Assembly: GCA_965240325.2 (NCBI GenBank)
Contig: OZ251232.1
Coordinates: 1,054,001 to 1,118,000, forward strand
Length of the DNA stretch: 64,000 nucleotides
Reading direction: 5' to 3'
Source of the DNA: Rebecca billardiae RCC1528
Taxonomy: Eukaryota > Protista > Haptophyta
Shown: in pieces, positions 29,109 through 40,481 of the stretch
Layout of the letters: each line of letters begins with the position of its first letter
Position numbering within the stretch: position 1 is the first letter of the stretch
Made by a program: the position numbers and the translations under genes
The notes under the pieces: model-generated
Told to the model about the DNA's origin: nothing
What the model saw: the letters and a program-made list of their open reading frames with translations, nothing else
The model's database searches: none

Positions 29109-32100
29109 GTCGACCGGCCTGGCGTACGCGTGGGCGATGGCGCGCGCGGACGACGGCGCGCCCGTCGAGCTGGGCGCGAACGCGTCGGCGGCGGTGCTCG
29201 AGGTGCCCGCCGGCGTGCTCGGCGTGGGCACGTACGCGCTCACGCTCACCGTCTCCAAGCCCACCTTCGCCCCCGCCACCGCCACCGCCTCCGTCGAGGT
29301 GGTGGGCGGCGCTCTCCCGCGGCTGCTGTTTGAGCCGCTGAGCAGGCCCAAGTACAACCCGAGCTGGGCGCTGCCCTCGGCGCGGCTGGCGCTGGCGACG
29401 CGGCTGGACGGCGCGTCGGCCGCGCTCGCGGAGGCGGGCGCCGCCTCGTTCGCGTACGCGTGGTCCGCCTCGCTGCTCGACGCCGACGGCGCCGCGCGGC
29501 CCGCCGGCCTCGCGCTGCACGACACGGGCGCGGTCAGCAGCACGGGCGCGGCAAGTCCTAACCTCGCGCTGCGGCCGGGCGTGCTCACGCCGGGCGCGAC
29601 GTACGCGTTCCGGCTGACGGTGACGCCGTCGGGCCCGGCGTACGCGCCCGGCGCCAGCGCGTACGGCCAGGTGCTCGTCACGATCAACCGCCCGCCGTGG
29701 GGCGGCGCGCTGAGCGTCTCGCCGCCGTCGGGCGTGGCGCTGCAGACGCGCTTCCGGCTGCAGGCGACCGGCTGGGCGGACGACGCGGAGGACCGGCCGC
29801 TGAGCTACGCGTTCGCGCACGCGGAGGCGGCGGGCGGCGGCGTGTCGAGCGCGGCCGCCTCGCTCGGCGCGGCGGGCAGCGCGCCCTTCGCGGACGCGCT
29901 GCTGCCCGCGGGCAACCGCAGCTGCGTCGTGCGCGTGCGGGACGCGTGGGGCGCGGAGGCGAGCGCGGCCGCGCCCGTCGACGTGCGCGCGCCGCCGCCC
30001 ATCGACGACACGGAGCTGGCCGAGCTGCTCACGCGTGCGCGCGCGGCCGTGGGCGCCGGGCAGGGCGCCGCGGCCACGCAGCTCGTGAGCGCGCTCGCCG
30101 GGCTCCTCCCCACCGCGACGCTCGGCGGCGGCGGCGGCGCCGCGCAGCCCAACGCGAGCGCCGCGGCCGCGTCGCGGGCGGTGGAGCAGCTGCTGCAGCT
30201 GACGGCGCGCGCGGCGGCGGCGGGCGTGTCGACGGCGGAGGCGCGCGCGCACTCGGCGAGCGCGCTCGCCGCGGTGGTCACCGACGCCGTGCCCCTGGGC
30301 GCGCTCAGCGGCGGTGCGCAGCAGTCCGCGCTCGAGCACGCGGGCGCGCTCGCGCACGGCGCGCGCTCGGACGGCGTGGACGGCGGCACGGCGGCCATGC
30401 TGATGGCGGCGGTGGACGGGGCGCTCGGCGCGGGCGAGACGGGCGCGGCGGACGTGGACGCGGCGGTGGGCGCGGCGGCGGCGTTCGCCGCCACCTCGCT
30501 CGCGAGCGCGCTGCTCGCGGGCGCCGTGTCGGGCGAGGGCGCCGCGCAGCTGATCGGCGCCGCGCTCAACGTGAGCGCGCACCGCGAGAGCGCGGCGCGG
30601 CTGCGCAACTCGACGCTCGCCGGCCCGGGCGGCGCGGGCGGCGTCGGCGTGCCCGCGGGCGTGTTCGACGCGCTCTCCGCGGCGGAGCTCGCCGACGGCG
30701 TGGACGTCGTCCTCTGGGCGATCTCGCGCAACGTGCACGGCGCCAACTCGAGCGGCGCCCCCACCGCGTCCGTGAGTGGTGGGCTGTCCACGCCCGTCTT
30801 CTCCGTCACGCTCTACTCGGCGGCGGGGGGCGGCGCGCTGCGCGTGGCCGGGCTGGAGGAGGCGGTGGTGCTGCAGATACCGGTGGCGCAGCCGGCGGCG
30901 CAGGGCGAGGTCCTCTCGTGCATCTTCTGGGACGAGGCCGCGCGCGAGTGGGCCGACGACGGCTGCGCCGCCGTGCCGGGCCCCGACCCGTCGCTGCACT
31001 ACTGCGCGTGCAACCACCTGACCGACTTTGCGGGCGTGTCCGTGCCGGGCAGCGCGGACGAGGCGGCGGCGGACGTGCAGAGCTTCAGCATCAACACGCT
31101 GAGCGCGGACGAGGCCGCCGCCTCGCTCACGCAGCCGCTCACCTTCGCCTCCAACCCGTACATATTCACAGCCATCGTCTGCATGGTCGGCGGGTGTGCG
31201 CTCAGCCTCGCCCTGCTCGGCGCGAGAGACGTGCAGGACAGCCGGCGGCGCGCCGCGCGGCTGCGCCGGATGCTCGAGGGGAAGGGCGGCGGCGCGGGCG
31301 CGGGCACGCCGCTCGGCGGGTCGACCCCGCCCGCCGCGCCCTCGCCCGTCGCGCCCTCCCCCGTCGCGGGCACGCCCACCGGCCGCGGCGGCCGCTACTC
31401 GGCGTTTGCGGCGTCGCGCGTCGCGCGCGCGTCGGCCGCGCTGGACGAGAAGGGAGCGCACGACATGGCCGACCGGCTGGAGGAGCGGCTGGACGCGCTG
31501 GACGACTTCGTGGACGAGCAGCGGCGGCGCGCGGCGCTCACGATGCAGAAGTACGCGCGCGGGCGCACCACGCGCGCGGCGTACACCGAGGTCTTCTCCG
31601 ACGCGATCACGCGCGCCGAGGGCAGGCGCGAGCGGCCGGGCGACCACGCACTCACGGCGCTGCTGCGGCGGGTGCTGCTCAAGCTGCAGAGCGACCACTC
31701 GCTGCTGGGGATCTGGTTCGCGGACCCGGAGGACTCGAAGCGCGCCGAGCTCGCGCAGATCTTCTGGTCCGTCGCGATGCTCGGCCTGCTCATCACGTGC
31801 ATGCTTCACTCCACGTCCGCGCCGGCCGAGGGCTCGGCCACGTCCATCAATCTTGTGCACGCGCTCATGACGGCGCTGCTCACCGCCGCGCTCACCGCGC
31901 CCGCGCTCGCGCTGTTCCGGCTGATCTTCCGCTGGGGGTACGGGCGCAGGGCGGCGCCGCTCTCGAAGCGCGTGTTCACCGCCTTCCTCCGCGCCGAGCT
32001 CGCCCAGCGCCAGCAGCGCCAGACGCCCTTCCGACAGTCGGTCAAGCGCACGGTGCGGCGCGGCGCGACGGCCGACGGCGCGCCGGCGGGCTCGGCGCCG

Positions 32101-33614
32101 GGCTCGGCGCCCGCGAGCTGGCGCGGTGCGCGGGCGGGCGCGCCGGCGGCGGCGGGCGCGCCGCCGCGCACGCGCCCCGACGCCGACGCCGACGCCGCGC
32201 CCTCGCCGCGCGGGCCGTTCAGCCAGCACACGCCGCGCTCCGACCGCGCCGTCACACCGGTCACACCGCAAGCGCCTCCTGACCAGCCGACGGCCGGCGC
32301 GCCGCCGCAGCCGCGCTGGGCCGGCGAGACGGCGGGGGCCGGCGCCGCGGCGCACGCGCACAGCGGCTCGCCGCGTGCCGCGGCCGTGTGCCCCTCGCCG
32401 CGTGAGGACGCCGCCGAGCCCTCGACCGCGGCGGAGGCGGAGCGCGCCGCGCCGCGCCGCGCACGGCCGCCGCCGCCGCCGCGCGACCGCGCGCCTGCGG
32501 CTGCCCACATTTCTCCTGCCGGCTCGGGCTCGGGCGGCACGGCGGCGGGCTCGGAGCCCTCGCCTTCGGCGCAGCCCGCGGCGCTGCGGCCGGGCGCGAT
32601 CGCGCAGGCGCGCGCGCTGCGCCAGAACGGCGCGGCGCCCGCGCTGCTGTACACGTCGTGCCGGGCGCGCGCGCGGCTCCACCCAGAAGAGGCGGAGGCG
32701 GAGGCGGAGGCGGCGGCGGAGGCGGCGGAGGCGGCGGAGGCGGCGGAGGCGGCGGAGGCGGAGGCGGAGGCGGCGGCCGAGGCGGCCGAGGCGAAGGCGG
32801 CGGCGAAGGCGGCGGCCGGGGCGGAGGAGGGCGGCGCGGCGAGCGCGGAGGCGGAGGCGGCGGGCTCGGCGGAGCCCCGCCCACCGCCGCCGGCGACGCG
32901 CCGCTCGCGCTCGCGCAAGCTCCAGCGCGGCCTCGCCGAGCCGCCCACCCCGCCGCCCAACAGCGACGGCCACGCGTCAGCCGGCGGCGCGTGCGCCGAC
33001 TCGGAGCGACGCGCTTACCTCGAGAGCCTCGACCGGATGCTCGAGCTGCGGTCGGCGGGCGGCGCGATCGAGCGGGACGAGATGCGCACGCTCTCGCGCC
33101 TCTTCGCGCCCAAGCCCGTCGCGCTGCCCGTCCCCGCCGCCGCGCGCGCCAGCGCCACCGTCCGCCCGACCGGCTCGCCCGCGACCAACGTGCTTGCAAT
33201 CTCGGGCTATCTCGCGAGCGGCGGCGGAGGCGCGCCCAGCGAGGTGGGGAGCAGCGCGCAGCCGTCGGACGCGGGGCCGAGCGCGGGCGCGGCGGGGCGC
33301 TCGGTGTGCGCGAGCGAGGCGCACGGCGCCGCGCCGCGCCCGCCGAGCCGCGGCCCGAGCCGCGGCGGCAGCGCTGGCAGCCGCGGCAGCAGCTGCAGTA
33401 GCGCGCACGGCCGCACCGGTCTTGTGTTTGGCCCTGGCAGCTGCGGCGGCGCGGGGGGCGGCGCCGCCGTGCAGCGCGCGGGCTGCCGCGCTGAGCTGCG
33501 CTCGCCGCGCTCGCCGCCCAAGCTGGGCTCGTGTGGCCGCAGCGGCAGCAGCGGGAGCGAGCTCGCCCCCTCGCCGCCGCCCTCGCCGCCCAAGCCGAGC
33601 GCGATCCAAACGGG

Positions 33615-33684
<70 letters not shown>

Positions 33685-34419
33685 GGCGGCGGCGGCCGCG
33701 TCGCGAGCTCGCTGCTGCCTCTGCTCGTCACGCAGGCACACGACGACGTGCACGAGCACGCAGCGGTGCAGGACGGCGGCGCGCTCGCCGACCCGGGCGG
33801 CCACGCGCTCGACGCGGACGCGATCTCGCTGCTGCGCTCCAAGTTTGCTGACCACGACACGGACGCCAACGGCACCGTCGACCACGAGGAGTTTGCCGTG
33901 CTCGTCGAGTCGCTCGGCTTCCGGCTGCGGCGCAGGCGCGTGCAGATGCTGGCGCGCGAGCTGGACACGGACCACGACGGCACGATCTCGTTCGCCGAGC
34001 TCGTCGCGTGGTACGACAAGAGCGTGCAGGAGGAAGCCGCGGCCGAGGCGCGCAGCCGCACCGGCTGGCGGCGGCACGTGAGCGCGCTCAAGCGCGCGCT
34101 CGCGCTGCCGCCGCGCGTGCGGCTGGCCGTCGCGTGGGCGGCACAGTGGGCCATCTTCACGGCGCTCGCGCTGCTCTCCTCCTCGTACGCCATCGCCTTC
34201 GGCCCGCAGCAGACGCGCTTCCTCCTCTTCGGCTGGGCGTTTGCGGAGGCGCAGACGCTCGGGCTCGAGGAGCCGATCGTGCTCGCCGTGATCGTCGTCG
34301 CACCCTTCCTCTTCGACAAGCTGCTCTCGCAGGGCGGCGCGACGGGCGAGGCGATCAACGAGCTGCTCGCCACGTCCGTCGGGCTCGCGCTGCACGCGCT
34401 CAACCGAATCACCGGCTGA
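20076..34419 (+). CDS. Giant polycystin-1/REJ-like cell-surface receptor: LRR - Ser-Pro stalk - IPT/TIG - PKD/REJ - GPS - multi-TM with IQ and EF-hand pair (start uncertain; intron 20576-20738)
   Basis: Open frame 20683-34419. A GT..AG intron joins CISL to DVNSQ in frame. About 10 plant-type LRRs (GQIPSELGxLTxL); IPT starts VHPPGGPVRGGTAVTVLG and VHPAAGDAMGGTSVEVLG; REJ AVIAGGDRRV..DGSASLDP and INRPPWGGALSVSPPSGVALQT; GPS CIFWDEAAREWADDGC..CACNHLTDF; IQ-like MQKYARGRTTR; EF-hands DTDANGTVDHEEF and DTDHDGTISFAEL. In-frame ATGs lie at 20076, 20184 and 20472. Confidence 0.85.
21520..26990 (+). repeat. Coding (Ser-Pro3/4)n extensin-like repeat, ~1,800 codons, with higher-order tandem duplications
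   Basis: Continuous CCG/CCA/AGC/TCG codon repeats. One 663-bp duplication (ATC markers at 24211 and 24874) and three 255-bp units (GAGCCGTTC at 26320, 26575, 26830). Confidence 0.95.
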
Positions 34420-35084
34420 CGACCTCGATGCTGATCAGGACTGGCGATGCCGGATGCGCTCAGCACCGTACGTCACGACGTCACGACGTCGCGTGCCTCG
34501 TGGTCGCGGCGCAGCAGCGCCGGCAGCCCGGCCGGGTCTCTAAAGCTGTAGTCTGCTTAGACCGTCGGGCCGGACGATTCGCCTGGATCTGCGAAACTGT
34601 AGTATACTCTGCTGCTGATAATGTCGCGGCTTGCGACTCGTACCTGTACGGTCATCTACACGTATGCAGTGCCCGCCTGGCGGATGCGGGATCGGACTCG
34701 GGCGCCTCGGCGCGGCCTAGGCCGCCTAGCCTACCGCCCTAGCTCGGCCGGCGCCTCAGCCGGTGGCCCGGCGCATCAGCTTGAGCTACTGCCGTAAAGC
34801 TACTCAGGGACGACGGACATCTCCGATATGATATGTGCCATCAAGTCAGCAGCAGATATGAGCTCGTGACGAAGCTCATTATACCGGTGGCCACGCGTCA
34901 TGAGCGGGCCGCAAGCCGTGCTCGGCCGCGTGGCCGAGTGCTGCTGGTAATGCGCGGTCCGCCTTGTGGTGTGTGTGGCGTGAGAAGCGCGTGGCTTGGA
35001 GCGCCGTGAACAGGCGGGGGTAGCGTGTGCGGGCCCCGCGCGGCGGGATGAGCATCAGCCACCGGCGGGCCTCGCAAGAAGCTC

Positions 35085-35255
35085 TCACTTCTTGCCCCTG
35101 TTCCAAGCATCGCGCTCGGCGTCGCTGAACTTGGGCGCGATCTCCCGCCTCGGCGCAGCCTGCGGGGAGAAGAGCATGTAGGCAGCCACGCCGGCGATCG
35201 CCCAGGCTGCGAGCGACATGGGGGAGAATGGGCTGTGGAACGGGTTGATAGACAT
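35085..35255 (-). CDS. Possible small single-pass membrane protein (~44-56 aa), divergent from ClpR
   Basis: MSINPFHSPFSPMSLAAWAIAGVAAYMLFSPQAAPRREIAPKFSDAERDAWNRGKK: one TM helix plus a charged tail with host-like codon usage. It is the 3' part of track ORF 35085..35729. Confidence 0.4.
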   Translation of the reverse strand: MSINPFHSPFSPMSLAAWAIAGVAAYMLFSPQAAPRREIAPKFSDAERDAWNRGKK

Positions 35256-35451
35256 CTCCACGCCGCTCGCAAGCGCCCTAAGCGCCCTCCGCACGAGCGT
35301 GACGCTGCCGTGCAGGATGGCGAGTGGCGACTCGACCCTTCGCTCGGCTTCGGCACCGGACCTCAGCAAGCTGAAGCTGGCTGACGACTCGCTCAGCGCA
35401 AGGCCGCGCCGCTTCGTCGTACGTCTGCGCCCGCGTCCGACGACGCCGACG

Positions 35452-36389
35452 ATGCCGCGACTGGCGCGCAGCGCGCTGGCGCTTGGGCTCTGCCTGGTGA
35501 CCGAGCTCGCGGGCTGCTTCCATGTCCAGCCAGGAGACACACTCCGACGGCTGGTCGCGCGCGCCGGTGGCGCTAGCGCGCGCCGCGCGACAATGGGCCT
35601 CGCCGGCGCCGCGAGCGAAAGCTTCGATGGCGCGCGCATCGGCCCGCCGCCGGACATCCCCTCGCTCCTGCTGAACAACCGCATCGTGTACGTGGGCATG
35701 CCGATCACCGCCGGCGTGAGCGAGCTCATCGTCGCCGAGTTCCTCTACCTGCAGTACGAGTCCGACATGAAGCCGTGCTTTGTGTACATCAACTCGCCCG
35801 GGCTGATCACCGAGAACCGCCAGCTCGCCGGCCTCGACACGGAGGGCTTCGCCATCGTGGACACGATGAACTACATTAAGTGCCCGATCAACACGATCTG
35901 CGTGGGTAAGGCCTACGGCATGGCCGCCCTCATGCTCGCGAGCGGCGACAAGGGCAAGCGCGCGGTGATGCCGTACTCATCAGTCATGCTCCAGCAGCCG
36001 ATCGGATACGCGCAGGTGCGCGCGCGCACGGCCGTGGCTCTCGCTCGAGCCCGAGCGCTCCCGCCGCCTCACGGGCCCACGCGCCTGAGCGCCTGAGCCG
36101 CGCCTCCCACCCACCGCGCCCCACTGCTCAGGGCCAAGCGAGCGACATCAAGATCTCGGCCGTCGAGGCGCTGTACACCCGCAGGCAGCAGTTTGAGATG
36201 CTGGCGGCGGCGACCGGGCAGCCGATGGAGCGGATCACGCGCGACGCCTCGCGCACCTTCTACATGGACGCGCAGCAGGCGATCGAGTACGGCATGGCGG
36301 ACAAGGTGCTGCAGAAGGAGAAGGTGCCGATGGCGCAGGTGGCGGCCATGCCGCCCGCCGTCGCCGCGACCGCCAGAGGAATCCAGTGA
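35452..36389 (+). CDS. clpR: Plastid Clp protease non-catalytic subunit ClpR (2 exons; intron 36016-36131)
   Basis: PPPDIPSLLLNNRIVYVGMP, YINSPG with ClpR-type insertion, catalytic Ser replaced (KAYGMAA) and His replaced (MLQQP). Exon 2 reads GQASDI...ITRDASRTFYMDAQQAIEYGMADKV. Signal peptide is followed by Phe (ELAGC|FHV). Confidence 0.88.
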
Positions 36390-37042
36390 GGCGCCGGGCC
36401 GGGCGGGCAGTGAGCGAAGACGCGCGGGGCCTCGGCCGCGCGCGCCGGCCGTCGGCCGCCGCGCCAGCGCACGCCGGCCGAGGCGACTTCGTGTGCGTGG
36501 TCGTCGGGGCTGGTCCTCGGCGGCAGCGCACGGCGGCACGCCTCACGGCTGATGCGAATCATGTGCACGCCGCCGCCAGCCGGCTGCTTCTCTCATCCAG
36601 TCTGAGTCGGGCCCGTGTCGGCGTTGCGATGGCGTGCGCTAGCGGCGGCATGCAGCGCGAGGTCAACCGCGTTGCCGACTTGCCGCCCTCGGCATCATCC
36701 ATCTGCGAGTTGAATGGGACCGCCCACGACACTCTCGTCTCTGGACTCCCTTGGTCAGCGCGGGAGTGTCATCAGTCAGAAGGGCCCCATGGTCCACCGG
36801 GCCACGACAGTCACGCGCGTCAGATGACGCGATATGAACTATACTCACTATATCATCCGGTGTGCCGAGGACTGGCGGTGCCCAGTCTGACAACTGCGCT
36901 ACTAGTATATGAGTCTTGACGTGGCCCGCGCGGGCGCGGGGGCCCGGGGCCCCGGGGTCAGACGGGGGTCAGACGCGAGCCGCAGTTATTGCGCCAGTTA
37001 AGTAGGCACGGTTCACACGCGAGGGCCACGTGCTCGCGCGTG

Positions 37043-37127
37043 TTACATCGCCCCGAGCTCTTTCATGTCGTCGAGGAAGCTGTCGTACGCGTTCGCCGCC
37101 TTGGTGGCCGGCTGAGGCGCGGGCTGA

Positions 37128-37159
<32 letters not shown>

Positions 37160-38071
37160 ATGCACGGCGCGGACGGCACCGGCACTGGCCGCCAACCCGA
37201 CGCCCGGAGGGCGTGATGGGGGCTTCGGAGGCGCGGGCCTACGCACGCGCAGTGCTGCCGGCACCATCGCCACGACGTCGCGAGAGACCTCGCTGGCCTT
37301 GGGCGGCGCCGGCTTGGGCTCATCTGCCGCTCCGGCCGTGTCGGGCGGAGGCCGGGCCAAAGGCGGTGCCGGCATCGGCGGGCGCGGCGGTGCGACGGTG
37401 CGCGGCGCCATGGGCGGCGGGGCAGCATACGGCGCGCGCGGTGGCGGCGGCGGCGGCACGACGCCTGGCGGTAGGTCGCACGCGTACGGCACGGGCGCCG
37501 CGGGACCGCCCATCACCCCTGGCGGCGGCGCTCCGACCGCCGCTGCCATGGCCGCCGAGGGCGGCAGGGCCACACCCGGTGGCAGGGCAACACCGCTTGG
37601 CCCCTCCGGCGGCTCGGGCGCGTGTGCGCCGGGCGGTGCGCCGGGCGGCAGCGGAGCGGGCGCCGCGTACGAGGCGGGGGGCGCCCAATCCGCAGGGCGT
37701 GCCTCAGGCCGCGCCTCCTCCTTCTCCGCCGCCTCCGAGTTCGGCGCGGGCCGCTTGACGCCCGTGATCCGTGACATGTCGATCGCCACACCCTTCGCAG
37801 CCTCCGAGCTCTCAACGTGTTTCTGGACGAGGTCCCACTTGGCCTGCAGCTCGCGCTGCCGGGCGGCGAGCTTCGGGTCCTTCTTCAGCTTGCCCTGCCG
37901 CTCGGCCTCCGCCAGCTTGTCCAGCTCGGCCTTGAGCTCGTCGGGCCTGTGCACCAGCGCGGCATCCGCGCGCCGCGCCTTCTCCTTCTTGTTCTTGGCC
38001 TGCTCGCGCTTCTTCATCGACTTGAAGAAGGTGTCCGTCGGCTGCGCGCTCAGCTTGTCCTTCTTCCCCAT
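37043..38071 (-). CDS. WBP11: WW domain-binding protein 11 (splicing factor) homolog
   Basis: N-terminal QPTDTFFKSMKKREQAKNKKEK, Pro-rich middle, MVPAALRVRR, C-terminal AYDSFLDDMKELG. Confidence 0.8.
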
Positions 38072-38325
38072 GGTGGCGTGGCACGCGTGCGCGTTTGCGC
38101 GTGTGTGTTTGTGTGTCCCGGCGTGGAGCTTGCGGCTGGGTCGTGGGTTAGTGGCGGGCTTGTGCTGTGGCCTGTCACAGCCTCGTCAGTGCCGCCGCCA
38201 TCGTTCCGGGTCTGTGGCCAAGGAGGCAAGGACTGCACGAGGTCATCCATCTGGGGCCACGCGGACCCGGGAGCGGACGGTCACCTCGACGCGGCCCACG
38301 CTCGCGCCCAGGGCGTCCGGGCGGG

Positions 38326-40263
38326 ATGAAGTACCTCGTCGTGGACTCCGGCCCGCTGATCAAGGGCGCGCGCATCGAGATCGCACAGGCGCGCACGTAC
38401 ATCACCGTCCCCGAGGTGCTCAGAGAGATCCGAGACCGGCAGGCGCGCAGCGGCATGCAGCTGCTTCCGTTTGAGCTGGCGACCAAGGAGCCCAGTGACG
38501 AGGCGATCGCGCGCGGTGCGCGCGGCGAGGGCTGGCCTCCCCCTCAAACTCGCGGATCGCGCCCCTGGCCGCGTGCCCACTGCGCCCTCACGCGCGCTGA
38601 CGCCATGCCGAATGCGCGCGCGCGCTCGGCGCGCGCGCAGTCTCGGCGTTTGCGCGCAAGACGGGGGACTACGCCGCCCTGTCTGGCGTGGACATGAAGG
38701 TGCTGGCGCTGACGTGGATGCTTGAGAAGGAGTGCAACGGCGCAGCCCACCTGCGCGACACGCCAGCCCCGATCCAGCCGAGCAAGCCGCGGCGCGCCGC
38801 GCCACCGCCGCCACCGTCCGCCCCGCAGCCGCCAGAGCCTCCAGGCGTGCAGCCGCCTGCGAGCGGCAGCGCCAACGGGCGGCGGGCGCTCGATGCGCCG
38901 GGCGGGCAGTCGGCCGAGGAGGCGGCGCTGGAGGTGGCGGCCATCCTCGAGCAGGCACTCGCTGACGTGCCGGACGCGGAGGGCGACGACGACGAGGAGG
39001 ACGACGAGGCTGGCGGCGCGGATGCGGCCGCGCCGCCCGCGGCCCCCGATGCAGCGGCCCCCGACGCATCGGCACCGCGCGGCGTCAGCGTGCGCCTCGA
39101 GGCATGCGGCGCGGCGGCGGTGCGCGTGGTGCTCGTGCGCGATGGCCGGCCGCTCGCGGCCGCGCGCGCCGCTTCGGGCTGGGTGCGGCTGCCGGGCTGG
39201 GCGCGAGCCGCGGCGGTGGCGGATGCGGCTGCGGGCGCGGCCGACGGCGCACCTCACGCGGCCGCGCGCACACGCACCACTGGCCACCGCGCGCACGGGG
39301 CGCAGCCGGTGCCGCCCGCCTCGAGCGCGGGCGGGGAGGACGGCGACGAGCTCGCGTGGATCACGCCGGACACGCTCAAGCGCGCGCAGCGCCGCGACGG
39401 CCGGTACGGCCAGCCGCCAGACGCGTCCGTGGACGTGTGCTGCATGAGCACCGACTTTGCGATGCAGAACGTGCTCATGCGCATGGGCATGAAGCTGCTC
39501 TCGACCGACGGGCTGGTGATGCGCTCGGTCAAGCAGTGGGGCGTGCAGTGCTCGGGCTGCTTCCGCACCGCGCGCGACGTCTCGCGCCAGTTCTGCTCGC
39601 ACTGCGGCAACGCCACCCTCGTCCGCGTCGCCCTGGTTGTGGACCGGCACGGCCGGCAGCGCGTGCTCCGCATTCCGGAGCACGTGCGCGCGCGCATCAT
39701 GTCGACGCGCGGCACGCGGTACACGATGGCGGCGCCGAAGCAGGGGCGGAACGCGGGGAACGAGATCACCGCGGAGGACGCGCTCGCCGAGGTGCGACGT
39801 CCCGCGCCGCGCCCGCCCACCCCCCACGCCATGCGCACGCCCCGGCCGCGCCGCCGGCGCCGCACCGCCTGCCCGGTGATGAGTTGCATTCTTAATCTGT
39901 CAATCCCCTGAGCGAGGCGTTGACGAGCACTGCACCGTGTCTGGACCTCTGAGGGAGGGCGGCGGGCACGCGCCCGGCGAGGGCCGGCCAGCCCAGCGCG
40001 CCGCCTCGCGCCGCTTCCCGCTCACCCGCCCCGCCGCCACCCCGCCACCGCGGCCGCCGCGTGACGCCGCGCAGGCCCGGTGGAAGCACATCCGGAATGG
40101 CGGCGCGCGCAAGAGCACCGACGTGTTCGACCCGAATTACGACTTCGACGCGCACTTTGGGCGCTCGGGGAAGCAGGCGAAGGGGCGCGCGGGGAAGGAG
40201 CCGACCGTCGGCCACGGGCGGAAGAACCCCAACGACGTGAGGTCGCGCCCGAAGAAGCGATGA
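38326..40263 (+). CDS. NOB1: 20S pre-rRNA D-site endonuclease NOB1 (3 exons; introns 38516-38640 and 39792-40074)
   Basis: PIN motifs LVVDSGPLI, TVPEVLREIRD, FARKTGDYAALSGVDMKVLAL, WITP and STDFAMQNVL, plus Zn ribbon CSGC...FCSHCGN. Both introns are GT-AG and preserve frame. Confidence 0.92.
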
Positions 40264-40481
40264 TGGGAATGGGAATTGGGATCAGCCCAAATCGGTAGAA
40301 CGGCGTCGGCTGATAATAGTGATGATCGGTAGAACGGCGAAAGCTCGAGCCTCGTGAGTTGCCCAGCTCTAGATCTGACAGCCGGCGGCGGCGGCGACGA
40401 CCCGAGTTTCAAAGCGCTGACACGAGTAGTGCTGCGCTCAAAAAGCTGTTGCCGTGGCGGCCGCGAAATTTGAGCTCGCGC

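Noticed and set aside
26887-32973. 2028-aa antisense ORF, plus similar long Arg/Ala-rich ORFs such as 1790-4123, 29697-32282 and 40137-42035
   Set aside because: They lie antisense or off-frame to genes with clear domains and have no motifs of their own.
35452-36389. Active ClpP protease
   Set aside because: The catalytic Ser and His positions are substituted, so it is called ClpR.
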